Source: a virus (Duplodnaviria; Caudoviricetes). From it: 64,000 nt of DNA. The notes under the pieces were generated by a model. That model worked only from the letters and a program-made list of their open reading frames with translations. It was not told the origin of the DNA and did no database searches. The number at the start of each line of letters is the position of its first letter. The first letter of the stretch is position 1. The translations under genes and the position numbers were made by a program. The stretch covers positions 32,001 to 96,000 of IMG/VR virus record IMGVR_UViG_3300021387_000299; one strand, given 5' to 3'. Positions 19,820-28,336 of the stretch are shown here, in pieces.

Positions 19820-22048
19820 ATGTTATTAATTATTAAACGAGATGGATCAATCGCAGAATTTGACAAAGAAAAAATTAAGCACGCAGTATTAGCTGCTTTT
19901 GATGAGGTTGATGGTGAAATCACTGATTATGCAATTTCAAAGGCTGACAATATTGCAGAGTTTGTTGAAGAAAAAGCCGATGAATCCGACCATGAATTAA
20001 CAGTTGAAGAAATTCAGGATTTGGTTGAAAATGGACTAATGTCATGCAAGCGCAAGGATGTTGCTAGAGCATATATCCAATATCGCTATGAGCGCACAAA
20101 AGTAAGAGAACATAATACAAAATTCATGCAGGAAGTCGCTCGTAAACTGGATGCTAGTGATGTTCAAAATCAAAACGCGAATGTTGATGAACATTCTTTT
20201 GGCGGTCGTATGGGCGAAGCCAATAGAGCATTAACTAAAAAGTTTGCGCTTGATTATTGCATGTCTGAAATGTCAAGAAATAACCATTTGAATAATTACA
20301 TTTATATCCATGATTTAGATTCATATGCTGTTGGAATGCATAACTGCTTAACAATTCCTTTTGATAAATTGCTTGCGGAAGGATTTAATACTCGTCAAAC
20401 AGATGTGCGCCCGGCCAATTCAGTGAATACAGCATTCCAGCTTGTTGCTGTAATTTTCCAGCTTCAGTCTTTGCAACAGTTTGGCGGCGTTAGTGCAAGT
20501 CATATTGACTGGACTATGGTGCCTTATGTAAGAAAATCGTTTTGTAAACATTATAAAGATGCTGAAAAATACATTTTTGATGATGGTAAAGTTAAAAATT
20601 ACGACGGCCCTATAGATGATAGTTCTTATAAAGAAAATAAAAAAGCCTATGAATATGCTATGGATATGACAAGAAAAGAAATCCATCAAGCTGTTGAAGG
20701 TATGTATCATAATTTAAATACCTTACAGTCTCGTTCTGGTAATCAGTTACCATTTACCAGTATCAACTATGGAACTTGCACGCTTCCAGAAGGCAGAATG
20801 GTCACTGAAGAAATCTTGAATGTTTCTATTGAGGGTCTTGGTAGATTACATAAAACATCTATTTTCCCTTGCGGCATTTTCCAATGTATGAAAGGTGTAA
20901 ATAGAAAACCAGGAGAACCAAATTATGATTTATTCCAGCTTGCGTTAAGATCAACTGCGCAAAGATTATATCCAAACTATGTTAATGTAGATTGGTCTAC
21001 AAACGCTGGTTATGATCGCAATGATCCAACTACATATGTCAGCACAATGGGATGCCGTACGTACAATGGCGTAGATATTAACGCTGAACCTGGCACAAAT
21101 CCGCAGACAAAGGATGGTCGTGGCAATTTAGCACCAGTTACAATTCTACTTCCTTTCTTAGCAATGGAAGCTAGAGAAAATGCAAAAAAGAATAATTCTG
21201 ATGCTATTGATGAGTTCATGAAACTATTGGATATTAAACTTTTTGAAGCAAGAGATATGTTAAAAGAACGCTATGAATGGATGTGCTCTCAATCTCCAGA
21301 TTCAGCTAAATTTATGTATGAGAATGGCACAATGCTTGGTTATAAACCAGAAGAGGGAATTAGAAGTGCGCTTAAGCATGGAACTCTTGTAATCGGTCAG
21401 TTGGGAATGGCTGAAACGTTACAAGCATTAATTGGTTGTGATCATACTGATGAAAGAGGAATGGCTTTAGCAAAGCGCATTGAACAGTTATTTAAAGATA
21501 GATGCACTCAATTCAAGCAGGAAGAGCATTTGAATTTTGGAGTTTATTATACTCCAGCAGAAAATTTATGCTATACTGCAATGAAAGCATTTAAAAAGAA
21601 ATATGGAGTAATTCCAAGAGTATCTGAACATGAATTCTTTACAAATAGTATTCATGTTCCAGTTTGGAAACAAATGTCTCCATTTGAAAAGATTGATATT
21701 GAATCTCAGTTAACTGGATATTCAAATGCTGGATGTATTACATATGTTGAACTTGATGCTAGTGCAAAAAATAATTTACAAGCATTAGAACAAATTGTTA
21801 ATTATGCAATGGATAAAGATATTCCTTACTTTGCTATTAATGTGCCAAATGATACTTGTCTTGATTGTGGATATACTGATGATATGAATGGAGTTTGTCC
21901 TATTTGCGGCAGCCATCATATCCAAGAGTTAAGAAGAGTTACAGGTTATTTAACAGGAGATTATAAAACTGCTTTTAATGAAGGAAAGCAGCAAGAAGTT
22001 GAATTGCGCTATAAGCATTCAAATTCATTAAATAATTGGAGGAGATAA
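19820..22048 (+). CDS. nrdD: anaerobic (class III) ribonucleoside-triphosphate reductase
   Basis: N-terminal ATP cone, IHDLD, MGCRT, TPAENL, C..CG...CP.CG zinc site, RRVTGYL glycyl-radical motif. Confidence 0.97.
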   Translation: MLLIIKRDGSIAEFDKEKIKHAVLAAFDEVDGEITDYAISKADNIAEFVEEKADESDHELTVEEIQDLVENGLMSCKRKDVARAYIQYRYERTKVREHNTKFMQEVARKLDASDVQNQNANVDEHSFGGRMGEANRALTKKFALDYCMSEMSRNNHLNNYIYIHDLDSYAVGMHNCLTIPFDKLLAEGFNTRQTDVRPANSVNTAFQLVAVIFQLQSLQQFGGVSASHIDWTMVPYVRKSFCKHYKDAEKYIFDDGKVKNYDGPIDDSSYKENKKAYEYAMDMTRKEIHQAVEGMYHNLNTLQSRSGNQLPFTSINYGTCTLPEGRMVTEEILNVSIEGLGRLHKTSIFPCGIFQCMKGVNRKPGEPNYDLFQLALRSTAQRLYPNYVNVDWSTNAGYDRNDPTTYVSTMGCRTYNGVDINAEPGTNPQTKDGRGNLAPVTILLPFLAMEARENAKKNNSDAIDEFMKLLDIKLFEARDMLKERYEWMCSQSPDSAKFMYENGTMLGYKPEEGIRSALKHGTLVIGQLGMAETLQALIGCDHTDERGMALAKRIEQLFKDRCTQFKQEEHLNFGVYYTPAENLCYTAMKAFKKKYGVIPRVSEHEFFTNSIHVPVWKQMSPFEKIDIESQLTGYSNAGCITYVELDASAKNNLQALEQIVNYAMDKDIPYFAINVPNDTCLDCGYTDDMNGVCPICGSHHIQELRRVTGYLTGDYKTAFNEGKQQEVELRYKHSNSLNNWRR

Positions 22049-22049
22049 T

Positions 22050-22541
22050 ATGTTACGCTATGCCGGATTAGTTAAAAATGATATTGCTGATGGACCTGGC
22101 GTGTGCGTTTCATTTTGGACCCAGGGATGTCCTCATAAATGTCCTGGATGTCATAACCCAGAAACTTGGGATTTTGAAGGTGGGAAAGAACTTCCAAACA
22201 ATATACTTGATCAAATAGATGAAGCAATTGTCGCGAATGGGATTCAAAGAAATTTTTCTATCTTAGGCGGAGAACCTCTTTGTATAGAAAATATTTCTTT
22301 AGTGTTTATTCTAGTTGATCATATACGAAAAAAATTTCCAGACATTAAAATTTCAATTTGGACTGGATATACCTTAGAGCAATTAAAACAGTTAGATTAT
22401 TATAAGCCATTTATCAAACCGATACTAGCATTAATAGATGTTTTAATTGATGGACCATATATCGCAGAACAGCGAGATATTACGCTACCACTTAGGGGTA
22501 GCCGCAATCAAAGAATTTTATATAAAAATAAAGATTTTTAA
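22050..22541 (+). CDS. nrdG: class III RNR activase (radical SAM)
   Basis: DGPG...WTQGCPHKCPGCHNPETW, LGGEP, DG.Y, GSRNQR. Confidence 0.95.
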   Translation: MLRYAGLVKNDIADGPGVCVSFWTQGCPHKCPGCHNPETWDFEGGKELPNNILDQIDEAIVANGIQRNFSILGGEPLCIENISLVFILVDHIRKKFPDIKISIWTGYTLEQLKQLDYYKPFIKPILALIDVLIDGPYIAEQRDITLPLRGSRNQRILYKNKDF

Positions 22542-22550
22542 GGAGGATTT

Positions 22551-22793
22551 ATGTCTAAAACATTGAGTTGTGAAATAAATCCTTTCTGAAAACAACAAAC
22601 TTTAACAGATAATTATACAGGAAAAGAGTATCTGGTAACAACAAAAGAGATACCAGATACTCTTTATTTTTTGTTTTCAAAAGGAGACGTTGAAAAAGTT
22701 CAACTAACAGGAGCCTATTTTGATTGCTTTGATATAATATATAAGTTTGAAAATAGATTCCCAAAATGTAAATTAGAATTCGAGGTATTATAA
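22551..22793 (+). CDS. hypothetical protein with one TGA(Trp); probable paralog of 23733-23990
   Basis: AGGAGG RBS; TGA at 22587-22589 in frame; readthrough gives 80 aa ending at TAA. Confidence 0.7.
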
Positions 22794-22794
22794 T

Positions 22795-22959
22795 ATGAAT
22801 TTAATAATAGTATCACAAATAATAAAAATAATACTCGCAGCGATCGCGGGAACTTTAAGTTTATTAAAATTCAATGAAAAAGATGAGCGCATTTGCGTTT
22901 ATTGGCTTTTAGTAACTTTCTACTGGATCATTAACTTTTTGCAAGGACTTCCATTATAA
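22795..22959 (+). CDS. small membrane protein
   Basis: 54 aa, two hydrophobic segments, GAGG RBS. Confidence 0.5.
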   Translation: MNLIIVSQIIKIILAAIAGTLSLLKFNEKDERICVYWLLVTFYWIINFLQGLPL

Positions 22960-22993
22960 AGTCCTTGCATTTTTTTTATTTTTATGATATAAT
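22940..22993 (+). promoter_or_regulatory. terminator hairpin fused with sigA promoter
   Basis: TGCAAGGACTT..AAGTCCTTGCA + T-run; TTGCAT (22965-22970)-17-TATAAT (22988-22993). Confidence 0.75.
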
Positions 22994-22999
22994 AATTAT

Positions 23000-23233
23000 A
23001 TGAATGAAAAAGATAAACAAATAGAACGCTTTTTATTAAGTTTAGTAGCAGTTCATACTAGAGATGTTTTAGATTTAGATAATAACATTAAAGTGTCAAT
23101 TGAAGATTCTGAACTTAATAAAGATAGTGTAAAGAGAAGAGTAATTATAGATTTTCCTAGCATTGAATCTTGGGGTCAAGCAACAAATATGTGGGCATCA
23201 TGGAAAAATGCTTATAAGCATCGTAAGAGGTAG
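23000..23233 (+). CDS. hypothetical protein (probably leaderless mRNA)
   Basis: ATG is 7 nt after the -10 box. Confidence 0.6.
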   Translation: MNEKDKQIERFLLSLVAVHTRDVLDLDNNIKVSIEDSELNKDSVKRRVIIDFPSIESWGQATNMWASWKNAYKHRKR

Positions 23234-23235
23234 CT

Positions 23236-23742
23236 ATGCTAAAAATAAAAGATTTAAAAACATTGATGAAACTAAGAGCCAACAATAAGAATGGAGAAAC
23301 GGCTCTTGTAGAAGAAACAAAAACCTTATATAAGTGGGATGGAGAGAACTGGAATATTTATAAGCCAGAAGGTGGCATTAAGGCTAATCTATATGAATTA
23401 AATCAAGGAGCAATGACCGCAGCTCCAGCCATGGAGACAGAAGCTATCGAAACCGCAAAAAAGAAAATTGCTGATTTCGTTGCTGTATGTAATTCAAAAT
23501 ATTTTATGTTATTAAATAAAGAACGCAGTTATTATACAGTGTTTAATATTGGATATGATACTGGTACAGATTTCAATTATCACAAAATCGAAGATGAAGT
23601 AATTGAATGCTTAGAAAGTCAAGGTATTATTAAAGATATTGATAATGTTGAAAATGGTATTGAATGCTGGATTACAATAGATGATAATTCATATGTTTAT
23701 TACTTGTTTGATTATCAAGGAGGTGTTATAAGATGCCAATAA
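23236..23742 (+). CDS. hypothetical phage protein
   Basis: 168-aa ORF with RBS, in operon. Confidence 0.75.
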   Translation: MLKIKDLKTLMKLRANNKNGETALVEETKTLYKWDGENWNIYKPEGGIKANLYELNQGAMTAAPAMETEAIETAKKKIADFVAVCNSKYFMLLNKERSYYTVFNIGYDTGTDFNYHKIEDEVIECLESQGIIKDIDNVENGIECWITIDDNSYVYYLFDYQGGVIRCQ

Positions 23743-23990
23743 TTACTTGTGGATTAAATATTTTTGATTATGATCAAACCGTTTATCTAATGAAAGATGA
23801 TAAAACGATGGAGCCTTTGGGTAAATCAACTTTGGAAAATTTAGATCATTTTATTGTTACTTGTTGCGGTAAATATGATATAAATAAAGTAAGATTGGTT
23901 GGATTGCAGCAATACACCCAGCCGTTAAAAAATAGAATTGAAAAAGAAAGTGTTGCTCGATATAGCAAAAAGATTGAGGTAGAAATTTAA
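23733..23990 (+). CDS. hypothetical protein
   Basis: GGAGG RBS, overlaps neighbouring genes. Confidence 0.7.
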   Translation: MPIITCGLNIFDYDQTVYLMKDDKTMEPLGKSTLENLDHFIVTCCGKYDINKVRLVGLQQYTQPLKNRIEKESVARYSKKIEVEI

Positions 23991-24244
23991 TGAGTAAGTT
24001 TTTAGTTAGTACAGTGGAAACATATCGTGTTGATTCCGATGAGGAAGCAAAAAATTTAATTGAAGAAGCAAAAAAATCTTCTATGTTCGAATTAGGCAAA
24101 TATAGTTCTGAATATAAGACAAGAAGCGCAAAAGGTGAAATTGTTGATGAATATTATAAAGTTGTTCTCACAAAGACATTTAATGATATTAAAGAGCCTG
24201 ATCGACATATTAAAGTTGATTATGATGTAGATTATAATATGTAA
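23990..24244 (+). CDS. hypothetical phage protein
   Basis: TAATG coupling to upstream gene, 84 aa. Confidence 0.75.
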   Translation: MSKFLVSTVETYRVDSDEEAKNLIEEAKKSSMFELGKYSSEYKTRSAKGEIVDEYYKVVLTKTFNDIKEPDRHIKVDYDVDYNM

Positions 24245-24254
24245 GGAGTTTTAA

Positions 24255-24800
24255 ATGAGTAAATTTGAAGTAGTAAGTAAATATATTGGAGAAAACGGTA
24301 ATACAGCTATTCATCTTCCAGTTCGTGCAACTGAACATAGTGCAGGATATGATTTTGCAGCTGCGCAGGATGTTATCATTCCATCAATGAGAGAAATTAT
24401 GAATACATTTGAAGACTATGTTGCAAAAAAGATTCCTTATTCATATGAAGATATTAAGGCTGTAACAAAAGCAACAGGATTTAGACCTACTTTAATTCCT
24501 ACTGGAATTAAGTGTCAACTTGATGTTGGTAAGTATCTTGAAATTTCTGTTAGAAGTTCTACTCCTCTTAATGGTTGGGTCATTCTTGCTAATGGAGTAG
24601 GCATTATTGATGGAGATTATTACAACAATCCAGATAATGAAGGCGAAATTTTCTTCCAGGTTATTAACCTCTCTCCAGTAGATATTGTGATTAACGCTGG
24701 AGATAAAATTGGTCAAGGTATTATTAAATCATATGACAAAGTTGAAGGAGACGATGTCACAACCAAGAGAATTGGAGGCTTAGGCTCTACTAATGCCTAA
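24255..24800 (+). CDS. dut: trimeric dUTPase
   Basis: SAGYD, PTGI, RSS, GIIDGDYY..NEGEI, IGQGI, RIGGLGST motifs. Confidence 0.95.
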   Translation: MSKFEVVSKYIGENGNTAIHLPVRATEHSAGYDFAAAQDVIIPSMREIMNTFEDYVAKKIPYSYEDIKAVTKATGFRPTLIPTGIKCQLDVGKYLEISVRSSTPLNGWVILANGVGIIDGDYYNNPDNEGEIFFQVINLSPVDIVINAGDKIGQGIIKSYDKVEGDDVTTKRIGGLGSTNA

Positions 24801-25311
24801 TATCTTGGCTCTTGACCAAGCTTCACGCGTCTCTGGATGATCGGTCTTTATAGATGGAGAATTAAAAGACTGAGGACATTTAACAACAAATCAAGAGGAC
24901 GTAGGTGAACGTCTTCTTGATATTCATAATTTTATCATTAAAAAAGTCCAAGAGTGAAATATAGATACAATTGCTTTTGAAGATATACAATTGCAGTCGT
25001 CAGTTGGGAACAACGTAAAAACATTCAAAGTATTAGCAAATGTTTACGGTGTAGTTCAAATGACTGCTGTACAGCTTAATAAAAATTACAAGGTGATACC
25101 ATCTTCAACGTGAAAATCTAAATTACAAATTAAAGGACGAACAAGACCTGAGCAAAAACGCAATGCCCAACAATATGTGCTCCAAAAGTATGGAGTTAAA
25201 GCGACGCAGGATGAATGCGATGCCATATGCATCGGTACTTGCGCAAGCCTGGTTCAGGGATCGGATGAGCGAATCGCCGCAAATGAAAATGGATTTGATT
25301 GGTCAGAATAA
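24793..25311 (+). CDS. ruvC: RuvC-like Holliday junction resolvase, 4 in-frame TGA(Trp)
   Basis: MPNILALDQASRVSG(W)SVF...IAFEDI...PSST(W)KSKL...DECDAICIG; TGA at 24838, 24871, 24955, 25111; TAA at 25309; missing from the supplied ORF track. Confidence 0.88.
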
Positions 25312-25346
25312 TTAAAGGTGCTATGCACCTTTTTTATTTTATAAGA
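25301..25346 (+). promoter_or_regulatory. copy of GGNCARA-TAA-GA motif (putative late promoter)
   Basis: GGTCAGAATAATTAA...TTTTTATTTTATAAGA upstream of 25369. Confidence 0.5.
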
Positions 25347-25368
25347 AATAATAAAGGGGGATTTTAAC

Positions 25369-25959
25369 ATGACAATTACCGCAGATGCAGTTTTAACATA
25401 CATCCTTGTTGCTGTTGGTGGCTTTTTAGTAAAGGTAATACTTGATAAAATTAAACAATCAGCAGAAGATAAAACAGATAAGGCTCGTAGATTTGAAGAA
25501 CAGTCATGGAAAACAGAAATTACAAAAATTGTTAGAGAAGAAAACTTATCATTAAAAAAAGAATTAAGTAATAGAATTGAAGAAATTCAAAAAGAAAATA
25601 GAAAAAATTATGATTATTGGCAAAAAATGTATTGGGATGCCGTTGATCGTTTAGAAAAAGTTCAGAAAAAATTTGAAAATCTTGAAAAACAAGATATTAT
25701 TTTTTACAGAAATTTGTTAATTGATACTTGTAAAGAATATATAGCAAAGGGTGAACTCACAGAATATCAATTCGATAGATTAACAGAGTGGTATAAGATT
25801 TATAAAGAACTTGGTGGAAACCATCAAGGTGATTTATATTATAAGAAAGCAGTTGCTTTACCAATTATTCCAGATAAGCATTCTGAAGAAGATCAAAAAA
25901 TGCATAGTATCTTTGACTACGAAGATTTAGTTGAATCAGAAAACAAAAATAAGGGATAA
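25369..25959 (+). CDS. membrane-anchored coiled-coil phage protein (lysis-region family with Y..LGGN motif)
   Basis: N-terminal hydrophobic helix, YKELGGN motif. Confidence 0.6.
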   Translation: MTITADAVLTYILVAVGGFLVKVILDKIKQSAEDKTDKARRFEEQSWKTEITKIVREENLSLKKELSNRIEEIQKENRKNYDYWQKMYWDAVDRLEKVQKKFENLEKQDIIFYRNLLIDTCKEYIAKGELTEYQFDRLTEWYKIYKELGGNHQGDLYYKKAVALPIIPDKHSEEDQKMHSIFDYEDLVESENKNKG

Positions 25960-25990
25960 CCTATAATTTAGGTTATCCCTTATTTTTTTT
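25945..25990. terminator. bidirectional terminator where the two arms converge
   Basis: AAAAATAAGGGATAACCTA-taatt-TAGGTTATCCCTTATTTTT perfect inverted repeat. Confidence 0.85.
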
Positions 25991-26390
25991 ATGCTTGTCT
26001 TGTAAACTTAATTACATTTACCTGCTCTTGGATTAATTGAGAAATATAGAAGTCAAGATCTGTATAAACTTCAGTTAAGACCTTCTGCATTTCCTCAGTT
26101 AATAAAGCTTTAATTGCATCAAATGTCTTATGATAAGCAATATCATGTTCTTCTGGGCCAAATCTACCCTGTTCTTTTAATTCATCAACGTAGGTTTGAT
26201 TTGTAGCAATAACGCAAGTTTCAACAATTCCCATTAACATATCTGAATACTTGTTAAATAATTCATTTTGTGAATTATCTTGCATTTCTTTAACCTTCTT
26301 CCGCATAAAAGCAATACCATAAGTGCAAAGAATACCAATTAAAGGTAATAAACAAGTAAAGAAAATTTCTTGTAATAGCGCAGCTGTCAT
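25989..26390 (-). CDS. LL-H family holin-like protein
   Basis: Start MTAALLQE at 26390 with AAGGAG RBS; one N-terminal TM helix; IATNQTYVDELK..G.F motif. Confidence 0.6.
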   Translation of the reverse strand: MTAALLQEIFFTCLLPLIGILCTYGIAFMRKKVKEMQDNSQNELFNKYSDMLMGIVETCVIATNQTYVDELKEQGRFGPEEHDIAYHKTFDAIKALLTEEMQKVLTEVYTDLDFYISQLIQEQVNVIKFTRQA

Positions 26391-26411
26391 TATCTTTCTC
26401 CTTAATAAAAA

Positions 26412-26506
26412 TGGCGGGGGATGTAGGACTCGAACCCACACCCGCGGCTATGGACACCGCTACCCTGGTTTTGAAGACCAGTGTGCTACCATTACACTAA
26501 TCCCCC
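26412..26506 (-). tRNA. tRNA-Trp-type opal (UGA) suppressor, anticodon UCA, 25-nt variable region
   Basis: GGGGGAT/ATCCCCC acceptor, G73, encoded CCA; D arm GTGT/GCAC; anticodon arm CTGGT-CT[TCA]AA-ACCAG; T arm GTGGG-TTCGAGT-CCTAC; GGTCT.CAAAACC and GGTGTGGGTTCGA.TCCTAC match Firmicutes tRNA-Trp as I recall it. Confidence 0.93.
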
Positions 26507-26533
26507 ATAAGGGTAGAGAACTTTCGCACTCTA

Positions 26534-26905
26534 CTATGCTTTAGTAACTGTTAATTTAGTTACTTCTGGCTCTTTTTTAAATAAATTAATATAAAGCAAT
26601 CCATCTTTAACTTCATATGTTACAGACTTAAACATGTCTGCTTTAATATCAAATTTAGAGCTTACTTTATAATCATAGTTTAAAAGATCATTATGAGTGA
26701 CGCCTTCAATCACCAATCTATCACGACCATCCTCATTAACAATATCTACCTTAACATCATCTTCTTTAACACCAACGATATTATGGACAAGAACAACTCT
26801 ATCTTCAAGAGTTTTAATTGAATAAGGCTTCATGTCATGAACAGGACGGCTAAAAGTATACGCTGGTTTATCCCAGTCGAAAAAAGAATCTAAATCAAAC
26901 ATCAT
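26534..26905 (-). CDS. Hsp20/alpha-crystallin small heat-shock protein
   Basis: GVKEDDVKVDI..LVIEG..YEVKDGLLYINL pattern; GGAGG RBS. Confidence 0.75.
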   Translation of the reverse strand: MMFDLDSFFDWDKPAYTFSRPVHDMKPYSIKTLEDRVVLVHNIVGVKEDDVKVDIVNEDGRDRLVIEGVTHNDLLNYDYKVSSKFDIKADMFKSVTYEVKDGLLYINLFKKEPEVTKLTVTKA

Positions 26906-26919
26906 ATTAAAAAATCCTC

Positions 26920-27141
26920 CTAAAAAGTTTCTAAAATAAGACCCTGAGCTAAATCATTATAAACAGTTTTATAATTAAAACGCTCTGTTATCATCCAAGT
27001 AGGTTTTCCATTTTCCAAAAAACTCTCTTGACGTGGATCTTGAACTATAATTTGCAAGGTAAAAGATTCTGGATATATAAATCTAAACAAGAAGTTCTCT
27101 ACCTTTTTTAATTGTTCATAGTTATCTACTCTTAATTCCAT
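26920..27141 (-). CDS. hypothetical protein
   Basis: AAGGAG RBS; first gene after a sigA promoter. Confidence 0.7.
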   Translation of the reverse strand: MELRVDNYEQLKKVENFLFRFIYPESFTLQIIVQDPRQESFLENGKPTWMITERFNYKTVYNDLAQGLILETF

Positions 27142-27164
27142 CTATCTTTCTCCTTACAATTGTT

Positions 27165-27193
27165 ATTATACAAAAATTTTCTAGTGAAGTCAA
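27165..27193 (-). promoter_or_regulatory. sigA-type promoter for the 27141-Hsp20-tRNA(UCA)-holin-like operon
   Basis: TTGACT-17-TATAAT on the - strand. Confidence 0.8.
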
Positions 27194-27194
27194 T

Positions 27195-27230
27195 AAAAAA
27201 AAAGAGGATTAATTAAAAATTAATCCTCTT
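27195..27230 (-). terminator. intrinsic terminator after the holin
   Basis: AAGAGGATTAAT..ATTAATCCTCTT followed by T-run on the - strand. Confidence 0.75.
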
Positions 27231-27531
27231 CTATGCTGTTATTTTGTTGAAATTGTCTTCAAGAGGTTAACTGACCATATAATTCAAACATATAGTTAGA
27301 GCCTCTTGATAAAATTATTGCAGTAGCAATTATACCAATAATGGGCCATTGTTCAACAAAACCTAACATTACAAAGAAATTAAGACTCATATCATAGCAA
27401 AGTAAGCCACTTAAAATCAAAGCAACAATAATTTGTCATTGAATAGAACCATTTTTATAAATTTGTTGTCCATATGAAATTAAGCCTTCAATAAGAATAG
27501 CTACAGCAATGAATGGAAAAAAACCGCTCAT
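27220..27531 (-). CDS. holin (3 TM, SRGSN family) with 2 TGA(Trp)
   Basis: MSGFFPFIAVAILIEGLISY..GSIQ(W)QIIVAL...IIGIIATAIILSRGSNYMFEL..; TGA at 27436-27438 and 27259-27261; directly downstream of the endolysin. Confidence 0.8.
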
Positions 27532-27567
27532 AATATTTAACCCCTTTATTCTTATTTACATTTATTT

Positions 27568-28293
27568 TCAATTGCCAATAAATCTACCATTTTTATCAAA
27601 CATGACAGGGACAGTATGCTTGCCAATAAATAAGGCACCGTTCTTTCCGAAGAAATACCAGTTCCCATCAAGTTTGCACCAACGAGATGAGGCCATAACC
27701 CCATGATCAAGAACAAATCTCTTAACGCCATCGTCATTAATCCATGCATGTTTCTGCATATAACCTTCAGCGTCAGTATGATATGTCTTGCCATCAACTG
27801 TAACCCATTGATTTCTTACCCAAGAATCACCGAGTTTGCATCTCTGTCCTTTACTATCCTTCACCCATACAGCTTTCTGATCTTGCAATGCGTTAAATCT
27901 GAAGGCTCCAAGAATATCTAACTTCAATTTAACTGTGCAGTATCCGCCATTGCCGCCTTGGTTCTGCCCGAAGATGTATGCATATCCATCCTCTTCGGCG
28001 TATCTTACAAGCATACCGACATGAGAAGAAGGACATGAGCTACCCATTGCCCAGAAGAGCCAATCGCCCGGTTCTAGCTTTTTCTTGTCTGTAATAAATT
28101 TTGCATACGCTGAATATTCAATTCTGTTATACCAGTATCCATCTGCCCAACCAGTTTTTGTAGGTAATACTGGAACTTTAATATACCAACAGAAACGTTT
28201 GAATGCATCAACGCACTGTGCCCCATAGACACCATCATAGTCATCGACTTTCCCATTATATTGGTTAATAAAATCTTGCACTATTTTATTCAT
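27568..28293 (-). CDS. endolysin: CHAP domain plus cell-wall/choline-binding-type repeats
   Basis: DGVYGAQCVD, SHVG, FGQNQG; C-terminal W..DG.WY.F...G repeats; 11 Trp, all TGG. Confidence 0.9.
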   Translation of the reverse strand: MNKIVQDFINQYNGKVDDYDGVYGAQCVDAFKRFCWYIKVPVLPTKTGWADGYWYNRIEYSAYAKFITDKKKLEPGDWLFWAMGSSCPSSHVGMLVRYAEEDGYAYIFGQNQGGNGGYCTVKLKLDILGAFRFNALQDQKAVWVKDSKGQRCKLGDSWVRNQWVTVDGKTYHTDAEGYMQKHAWINDDGVKRFVLDHGVMASSRWCKLDGNWYFFGKNGALFIGKHTVPVMFDKNGRFIGN

Positions 28294-28336
28294 AACATTT
28301 CCCTCCTTTTATTAAAAACAAAGGAGGAAAATAAAA

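Noticed and set aside
8086-22048. Inteins or introns in dnaB, dnaE, nrdD
   Set aside because: ORFs are continuous and of ordinary length, with no C...HN-C/S splice motifs or LAGLIDADG insertions evident
720-24716. Short antisense ORFs over replication genes (e.g. 720-1010, 6786-7040, 17435-17809, 20420-20710, 22555-22764)
   Set aside because: Shadows of well-supported + strand genes, with no RBS or recognisable motifs
26391-26441. N-terminal extension (MWVRVLHPPP...) of ORF 25989-26441 and the + strand ORF 26323-26544
   Set aside because: Both overlap the tRNA; the real start is ATG 26390 with an AAGGAG RBS
26412-26506. Selenocysteine tRNA (UCA anticodon plus long variable arm)
   Set aside because: 7-bp acceptor and canonical 4-bp D stem with a tRNA-Trp-like body, not the 8/5 Sec fold; the TGA codons fall at Trp motifs, not Cys/redox sites; no sel genes in the window
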